A stretch of 10,100 nt of DNA from an uncultured bacterium (lineage in GTDB: Bacteria > Zixibacteria > MSB-5A5 > JAABVY01 > JAHJOQ01): assembly GCA_965369655.1 (NCBI GenBank), contig CBDUQR010000067.1, positions 1 to 10,100 of the forward strand, in the 5' to 3' direction. Positions 1-5,583 of the stretch are shown here, one piece after another; positions within the stretch are counted from its first letter, which is position 1, and every line of letters begins with the position of its first letter. Below the pieces are notes generated by a model. It had not been told where the DNA came from. It saw only the letters and a list, made by a program, of their open reading frames with translations, and did no database searches. The position numbers and the translations under genes are program-made.

Positions 1-124
1 AAGCCGATATGAAAAACAACCCATAATCACCCACTCACTTTGGAGATGAGCCAATAAAGATACTGTAGCGATCGAAGGAAGTCGAGTAGAAAAGGGATCA
101 CGGTCAACGCTTGATGATCTTTTG

Positions 125-190
125 TCGGTCGCTGATCCCGTCATTGACCCCGATCTTTCGGTCGCTGATCCCGTCATTGACCCCGATCTT
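125..190. repeat. Perfect 2 x 33-bp tandem direct repeat (tcggtcgctgatcccgtcattgaccccgatctt)
   Basis: Identical copies at 125-157 and 158-190, read directly; no spacer between them. Confidence 0.95.
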
Positions 191-191
191 C

Positions 192-283
192 TCCCTCCGG
201 GATCCCGTGGGAGAGGGGATCCTGAGGGAAGCGTAGATCAGGTAAGTCTCCGTTCACTACGCTCACTACGACTCACCTGATCT
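192..283. repeat. Two adjacent REP-like stem-loops
   Basis: Stem 192-206/216-229 (cgggatccc/gggatcctg core, one bulge). Stem 235-248/270-283 (agatcaggtaagtc/gactcacctgatct, one mismatch) encloses the loop tccgttcactacgctcactac, which contains tcactacg twice. Confidence 0.7.
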
Positions 284-382
284 TGAACCATTCCTTTATC
301 AACCTTTCTCCATTCTTCCCCCAGATAAGAAGGGGGGGGGTACCTTTTAGGTTCCGAGTCCCATCTGCACCCGGCTTTTGTC

Positions 383-411
383 TTGACATTCGGTCGATAA
401 CTGCATATCGA
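383..411 (+). promoter_or_regulatory. Possible sigma70 promoter for the membrane protein gene
   Basis: Perfect TTGACA at 383-388, but only a poor -10 (tatcga, 406-411) at 17-bp spacing; lies just upstream of the RBS at 425-430. Confidence 0.3.
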
Positions 412-435
412 TACGCCAAATTCCGGAGGTCGCAG

Positions 436-1593
436 ATGAACAAGTACTACTACGATTTCAGAGACATATTCAGAGCGCCGCGCATATCTCTTCACGGCAA
501 GAATATCTACCTGCAGATGCGAAACCTGCTGATCGGATATATCGGGTACGCGGTGATCGCATATCTCGCTCTACTGGTCGAGGGTGTCGACCTCGGGTAT
601 GCGTGGGACGTCCATTTCATCTTTCCGATAGGCATGCTTGGCATCGTGACGATCTGGGGCAAACTGGTCTTGCTCGTCGCGCTTCACTGGTTTGTTATTT
701 GCCTTCTGCGCGGCAATCTTGCTGTGTCCAAATCAGCATTTGAAGAAATCAAAGGGAACCTCTTCTTTTCGTCCTGCGAAGCCAGGACATTCGTCAAGGA
801 GAAGAAGTGGATGATGTTCCGCGCGTATATCAGCGTTGTCGCCTTTATTCTCTTCATGATCGCACTCGGTCTGATTGCCGGTTTGATCGGAAAGATCCCT
901 GTCGTCGGTGAACTCAGTTTCGGTTTATTCTACGGCTTCCCGTATTTCATCCTGTCGCTCTTCGCAGTGCTGATAATGTTTCTGTTCACGACTTTCACGC
1001 TGACCGGTCCCGCAGCCGTCGGCGTCAAGGGTGAGGATACTCTGACGACACTATTCGACGGACTCTCAGTCGTGACATCGAGACCGCTCCGATGGACTAT
1101 CTACACTGCGGCATCGGTAGTAATCGCCAAAGTCTGTTCATTCGTTCTGTTCTACTTCTCATTCAGGGCGTTCCAGTTCACGAATTACACGACTGGCGCG
1201 CTGATGGGTGAGAAGGGCAAGATCATATTCGAATCGGCGATCGAGAAAATCCCTGTGAGTTCGCCGGTCATCAAGTTCCTTAGCTACATCTATCCCGGCA
1301 GCGACTTCGGAATCAATCTGTACATGCTCGGCGCTTTTCACCCATCAAACACGATATATTCGATTGCAACTTATCTTGTCACGATAAGCATCAGCCTCGT
1401 CTTTCTGTTCATTATTGCTTACTTCATCAACACAGTTGTCGTGGGACAGGTGATCGCGTTCATCGACATTCGCAGACAGACCCACAACGACAACTTAGCT
1501 GAGATGCCTGACGATGAGCTGTTCGATGATTTCAAGTTGACTGAAGAGAAAACGACGGACAGCGACGGATCAGAAGATAAGCTTTCAATGTAG
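436..1593 (+). CDS. Polytopic integral membrane protein of unknown function (385 aa) with acidic C-terminal tail
   Basis: ATG 436 is preceded by GGAGGT at 425-430, so it is preferred to the TTG at 283 in the ORF track, which runs through repeat DNA. Several long hydrophobic segments (about 6 TM by eye); acidic tail EMPDDELFDDFKLTEEKTTDSDGSED. Confidence 0.85.
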   Translation: MNKYYYDFRDIFRAPRISLHGKNIYLQMRNLLIGYIGYAVIAYLALLVEGVDLGYAWDVHFIFPIGMLGIVTIWGKLVLLVALHWFVICLLRGNLAVSKSAFEEIKGNLFFSSCEARTFVKEKKWMMFRAYISVVAFILFMIALGLIAGLIGKIPVVGELSFGLFYGFPYFILSLFAVLIMFLFTTFTLTGPAAVGVKGEDTLTTLFDGLSVVTSRPLRWTIYTAASVVIAKVCSFVLFYFSFRAFQFTNYTTGALMGEKGKIIFESAIEKIPVSSPVIKFLSYIYPGSDFGINLYMLGAFHPSNTIYSIATYLVTISISLVFLFIIAYFINTVVVGQVIAFIDIRRQTHNDNLAEMPDDELFDDFKLTEEKTTDSDGSEDKLSM

Positions 1594-1667
1594 TGATGCG
1601 CCCTGGCAGGTTCTACCTGCGGTATTCCGCATGATCTCCTGTTAATGTCACGAATCGGAGGCAAGAC

Positions 1668-2858
1668 ATGAAATTCCAATGGGCGAATACGACAAGAGTG
1701 ATATTCGGAGCCGGAGAAATAGAGTTGCTCGGCGAGGAATCCTCACGGGTCGGCAAACATGCACTGATCGTCACCGGAAAGTCATCTACAAAGAAATCCG
1801 GTCTGCTGGACAGGGCAGTCAAGCTGCTGAATAACTCTGGCGTCAAGACGACGATTTTCGACGAGATAGAACCGAATCCCCGCGCTGCTACGATCGACAG
1901 AGCGGCTTCGATCGTCAAAGACAACGGCTGCGACTTTGTCATTGGACTCGGCGGCGGCTCCTCGATGGATGCATCCAAGGCCATCGCGGTGGCGGCATCG
2001 GTTGGCTCAAAGATATGGGATCACATCTACAGCGGTCCCGACAGGACCCCGTCCGAAGTGACATCAGCGTTGCCGATAGTGACAGTCCCGACCCTCGCGG
2101 CAACAGGCTCCGAAGCCAACGGCGGCGCTGTGATTACTAACTGGGAGACGAAGGAGAAAGCTTCGCTGATACATCCTCTCATGTTCCCGCGTTTCTCTAT
2201 CATCGATCCGGCGTTGACCACGACAGTCTCTCGCGATTACACAGCCGATGGCGGAATCGATATTATCTCTCATGTTATGGAAAGTTACTTCTCATGTACC
2301 GATTACACGCCTCTCCAGGATAGATTCTCCGAGGGCGTTATCAGAACAGTGATGGATCACCTGCCGCGGGTAATGGCGAACGGCGATGACATCGAGGCGC
2401 GCACGCAGCTTTCATGGTGCTCGACTATAGCACTGTGCGGGATCGTGAACACGGGTCGTCCCGGGGGTTTTCCGCTGCACTTCATGGAACACGCTCTGTC
2501 CGCCCACTATGACATCTCGCATGGTCGCGGACTGGCGATCCTGATGCCGCATTTGATGCGATACACGTCTGAGACGAATCCGGATAAGTATGTTCAATTC
2601 GCGAAGAATATATTCTTTGCAAACACAAGTTCGATGTCGCAGGATGATGCTGTCGAGGCTGGAATCGGCATGTTCGAGGAGTGGATGAAGACGACCGGAG
2701 TCTATTTAACACTATCTGATGTCAGCATAGACTCAGAGAAATTCGAGACGATGGCCGATGATACCATTCGCCTATATGGCTACGGCAACGACTTCATACC
2801 CAATGCCCGCCCGCTGTACAAGAAAGATATTGTCAAGATATACGAGATGGCGCTTTAG
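1668..2858 (+). CDS. Iron-containing alcohol dehydrogenase, NAD(P)H-dependent butanol dehydrogenase-like (396 aa)
   Basis: Motifs T-x-x-I-F-G-x-G, IEPNPR, GLGGGSSMDASKAIA and VPTLAATGSE; metal ligands in DIISH..E, LHFMEHALS and ISHGRGLA. RBS GGAGG just upstream. Confidence 0.95.
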   Translation: MKFQWANTTRVIFGAGEIELLGEESSRVGKHALIVTGKSSTKKSGLLDRAVKLLNNSGVKTTIFDEIEPNPRAATIDRAASIVKDNGCDFVIGLGGGSSMDASKAIAVAASVGSKIWDHIYSGPDRTPSEVTSALPIVTVPTLAATGSEANGGAVITNWETKEKASLIHPLMFPRFSIIDPALTTTVSRDYTADGGIDIISHVMESYFSCTDYTPLQDRFSEGVIRTVMDHLPRVMANGDDIEARTQLSWCSTIALCGIVNTGRPGGFPLHFMEHALSAHYDISHGRGLAILMPHLMRYTSETNPDKYVQFAKNIFFANTSSMSQDDAVEAGIGMFEEWMKTTGVYLTLSDVSIDSEKFETMADDTIRLYGYGNDFIPNARPLYKKDIVKIYEMAL

Positions 2859-2883
2859 CGAATAACTGCGTGTCTGATTACTG

Positions 2884-2912
2884 TTGACATTGACATTATC
2901 ACGGGCTACACT
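2884..2912 (+). promoter_or_regulatory. Consensus-like sigma70 promoter of the two-gene cassette
   Basis: TTGACA (2884-2889), 17 bp, TACACT (2907-2912); a second TTGACA follows directly at 2890-2895. Confidence 0.7.
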
Positions 2913-2931
2913 GCAACAAAGAGGTGTTGCA
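2912..2931. promoter_or_regulatory. Candidate operator palindrome TGCAACA-N6-TGTTGCA
   Basis: Perfect 7-bp inverted repeat (2912-2918/2925-2931) abutting the -10 and covering the predicted start site. Confidence 0.45.
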
Positions 2932-3005
2932 TAGTGACATAGTATGTGCCATAACGTTCTATCTCCAGAATTCCTTGTATATCGTCGAATACTTGCGGGG
3001 TCGAC

Positions 3006-3278
3006 ATGAAGAAACTCATTCAGAAACTGAAAAGGTGGTCAACCCGCCAGGATCTATTAGCAGTCCCAAATGACAAACTTGATGAATGGCTTGACGAATT
3101 GGGATTGATAGATTCAATCGATCGAGGTGAAATTGTTTGCCTTATCTGCAGACAGCAAATAAACAAGGACAATCTACAAATTGTGGCAAATCAACAAGGC
3201 AAACTGATTGTTATCTGCAGCGACCCCAAATGCGGATGGCGCTACATGATTGACATAAAGAAGGAATCCAGTGGCTGA
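3006..3278 (+). CDS. Small putative zinc-binding protein (90 aa; CxxC...CxxxxC)
   Basis: IVCLICRQQI...IVICSDPKC; its stop overlaps the next gene's GTG by 8 nt (gtggctga); lies downstream of the predicted promoter. Confidence 0.8.
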   Translation: MKKLIQKLKRWSTRQDLLAVPNDKLDEWLDELGLIDSIDRGEIVCLICRQQINKDNLQIVANQQGKLIVICSDPKCGWRYMIDIKKESSG

Positions 3279-4392
3279 TATTTTCTGGCTTGTGTTTGAA
3301 TTTATACTAGGCACCTCATTTGTGCTTCTTATCCTCTATTTGGGTTTTATGCACATTGAAAAACTAGTAATGATTCTGACTTGGATATGCCGTTTTTTCT
3401 CATGGGCAAATAGGACATGGAAGCAAAAAACAGTTGCAGCCGGGATTCAATCTCAAATAAACATCTTCGCAGAGGCGATCGAATCTGAGGTTCAGGGAGT
3501 CATGCCCCACCCTATGAGAATCAAGTGGATCACTTCCGGAGAAGAGCTAGCCCATCTGAAGGAAGGCCAGATTGTAGTACGATTAAGAAACGAATTCAAC
3601 GATGCCCGTAACATTGTTACTGCGACAATGTTATATATCGCCGAAGGACTTCTCCGCGATTCACGTCCATATATCGACGGTACTCTCATTAAGGCTCTAG
3701 ACCTCACAATCGCATGGAAAACGCTCGAACAAGTAAGAAAATCTGAAGTAACACATCACTTCCTGACTAACTTCTTTAATCCATCCCTGGAGGATGATGA
3801 AGCCTTACAGGAAGATTGCGAGATGATGAGCGATCTTGAAGTCAGTGGACTTCTGACACGAATTCTGATGCGTGAGATGAGGATTTTAGGAACAAAGGCA
3901 ACCGCTCTTCGCGAAAGCCGCACCATTGCGCTTAAAACTGAAACGAGAAGTTTCTCGAATTTCATTCACACAATCGCAACGAGTGAAAGGGGATCAAAAC
4001 ACCCATTGGATTTCGTTGGAAACAAGATTCGCGTTGGGATTTTGCTTGTGGCACGTATGGAGACACTTGCAAAGAGTGGCTTGCGTGCGCACGAGAATTG
4101 GTTCAGGAGAAAGAGACGAATGGGTGTTGAGACTATCTACGTGCTCGCTATTGGTGATGCAAATGTCCATCGTGCGAAGCGTTTAGCTCGCTGGGCTCAG
4201 GCTGAAAGTATCGCTGAAATCGTAAGACACCAAAAATACACCGTTCCATCCAAATTAGGGAAGTTATTAGACACTATTGTGATTACGTGCCACAGTACAA
4301 TGGCAAAGGCGGACGCTTTCCTTGACCGTGATGAAGAAGTTCATGCAGTCCTTGCAAGGCATATTCCTGAGATAGCGAGGGGGGGGGGTTGA
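3271..4392 (+). CDS. N-terminal part of a frameshifted membrane-anchored protein (TM helix + unknown domain, running into the first NusA-like KH domain)
   Basis: GTG start with AAGGA at 3261-3265; hydrophobic IFWLVFEFILGTSFVLLILYLGFM. The ORF ends ...HIPEIARGGG* immediately after the G10 tract, within a NusA-like PEI..G motif. Confidence 0.8.
   Translation: MADIFWLVFEFILGTSFVLLILYLGFMHIEKLVMILTWICRFFSWANRTWKQKTVAAGIQSQINIFAEAIESEVQGVMPHPMRIKWITSGEELAHLKEGQIVVRLRNEFNDARNIVTATMLYIAEGLLRDSRPYIDGTLIKALDLTIAWKTLEQVRKSEVTHHFLTNFFNPSLEDDEALQEDCEMMSDLEVSGLLTRILMREMRILGTKATALRESRTIALKTETRSFSNFIHTIATSERGSKHPLDFVGNKIRVGILLVARMETLAKSGLRAHENWFRRKRRMGVETIYVLAIGDANVHRAKRLARWAQAESIAEIVRHQKYTVPSKLGKLLDTIVITCHSTMAKADAFLDRDEEVHAVLARHIPEIARGGG
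4379..4388 (+). repeat. G10 homopolymer at the frameshift site
   Basis: a-gggggggggg-ttga; deleting one G fuses 3271..4392 to the frame ending at 5248. Confidence 0.9.
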
Positions 4393-5248
4393 GGTTATTG
4401 ACATAGCAAGAGATGTAGGTACTGTAAGTAAAGTCGTTGTTCAAGCTACACGAGATGGATTCAATCCAGTTGGAGCGTGCATAGGTCAAAACAGAGAATA
4501 CCTAGAGAAAGTGACCAGCGCTCTTGGTGAACCCATATGGTTTGCGGAGTGGAACGATGATGCTAAGACTTTCTTGGCAGATTGTCTTTCAATTCCTAGT
4601 GATAAATTGGTAGACATTAAAATCGATTGGGAATCCCGTAAAGCTGAGGTGGTTGTCCACGATAAAGAAACTGCTGCTATTGCCATAGGATCTAGAGGCG
4701 TAAATGTAAGACTTACAGGTAAAATAACAGGTCTGATAATCCAGATTCTCTTTGCGGGTGATGTCACAGACAAGGCCCGTCCACAACCAGCCTCCGTACC
4801 TGAGGACCTTCTTAAAGAAGCCATTGTCGAGGAAATACCTGAAGTGGCGAATGGAACAATAGTCATGCTCAATATGATAAGAGACCCAAGTGTTCAGAGC
4901 AAAGTGGTGGTCCGCCATTCTTCAACTGATGCGGGAGTAGTTCCTACTTGTGTTGGGACAAACAATCATCATGTCAATGCCTTAGTTGATAAACTCAAAG
5001 AATCCGTCTGGTTTGTAGAATGGGTCGAGAATCATGAGAGTTTCTTGATCAACTGTTTAGGGGTTGAGCCGAATGATGTATTATCCGTCAAGATCAACAA
5101 GTCTATGAACACTGCGGAGGTGCTGGTAACCAATCGAGTGATTTGTGCTAAGGCAATAGGTACTCAAGGGATTAACGTTAGGCAGGCTGCACATCTGGCA
5201 GGCTTACGTACTGTACGCGTTATCACAAACGAACAATCTCAGCTATGA
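4388..5248 (+). CDS. C-terminal part of the same gene (+1 frame): two tandem NusA-like KH1-KH2 modules
   Basis: The frame of ORF 4511..5248 is open from the G tract: VEVIDIARDVGTVSKVVVQATRDGFNPVGACIGQNR...AIGSRGVNVRLTGKITG, then IPEVANGTI...SKVVV...AIGTQGINVRQAAHLAG. These match bacterial NusA KH signatures (PEI..G.VEI..IAR, DPVGACIG, AIG..G.NVRLA..LTG). Confidence 0.85.
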   Translation, partial: VEVIDIARDVGTVSKVVVQATRDGFNPVGACIGQNREYLEKVTSALGEPIWFAEWNDDAKTFLADCLSIPSDKLVDIKIDWESRKAEVVVHDKETAAIAIGSRGVNVRLTGKITGLIIQILFAGDVTDKARPQPASVPEDLLKEAIVEEIPEVANGTIVMLNMIRDPSVQSKVVVRHSSTDAGVVPTCVGTNNHHVNALVDKLKESVWFVEWVENHESFLINCLGVEPNDVLSVKINKSMNTAEVLVTNRVICAKAIGTQGINVRQAAHLAGLRTVRVITNEQSQL

Positions 5249-5267
5249 GTCGCTGTTGAATAGCCGA

Positions 5268-5487
5268 GCAGGTCGAAGCCCTTGCCTGTCCTGAGCCTGC
5301 GAAGGGTGGTTTCGACAATTCCGTCAACTCACCATCGCTTCGCCTGCAAGTTTGCGTCCTCGATCGGTCAGAAAGTAGGGAACGAGTCCCCGACTCGTGC
5401 CACGCAAGGCAGGGACAAGATATGTTGAAACTGAGAAGATACTTCGTATAAGTAGCATTCGCAGGAGTCGGAGACTCCTGCGCTACT
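5268..5487. repeat. Cluster of REP-like palindromes
   Basis: gtcgaagcc (5272-5280)/ggtttcgac (5308-5316) around gtcctgagcctgcgaaggg; gcaggtcgaagc (5268-5279)/gcttcgcctgc (5337-5347); GTAG (5375) then acgagtc-ccc-gactcgt (5382-5398); GTAG (5452) then cgcaggagtc-gga-gactcctgcg (5460-5482) followed by CTAC. Confidence 0.7.
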
Positions 5488-5583
5488 ACTGGTGATTCTG
5501 CACGCGATCCATTACCCCTTTTGTGTTGATAATCGTACGGCAGCGCGTATCTTCCGGTGGCCGATTTAACGAGGAGATATGCG

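Noticed and set aside
1-49. Possible 3' end of an upstream + strand gene (SRYEKQPIITHSLWR* in frame 2)
   Set aside because: Too short, with no recognisable motif; other frames also stop nearby, so the frame cannot be chosen.
125-190. CRISPR array
   Set aside because: Only two copies, directly abutting, with no spacers and no cas genes in the window.
70-282. Replication origin (oriC-like GATC cluster)
   Set aside because: No DnaA boxes or AT-rich unwinding element seen, and no origin-linked genes; kept only as an unexplained pattern.
283-435. 51-aa N-terminal extension of the membrane protein in the ORF track
   Set aside because: TTG start without an RBS, runs through hairpin/G9 DNA; ATG 436 has a strong RBS.
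1606-1620. Hairpin gcaggt-tct-acctgc as a terminator
   Set aside because: Only a 6-bp stem and no U-tract.
4511-5248. Stand-alone nusA gene starting at GTG 4511
   Set aside because: KH similarity extends upstream through 4388 and across the G tract; no NTD or S1 domain, no rimP/infB context, and the start would fall in the middle of a domain.
5557-5583. GTG 5557 start for the HEAT/cyclophilin gene
   Set aside because: GAGGAG at 5571-5576 points to ATG 5584, which also gives a normal-length lipoprotein signal peptide.
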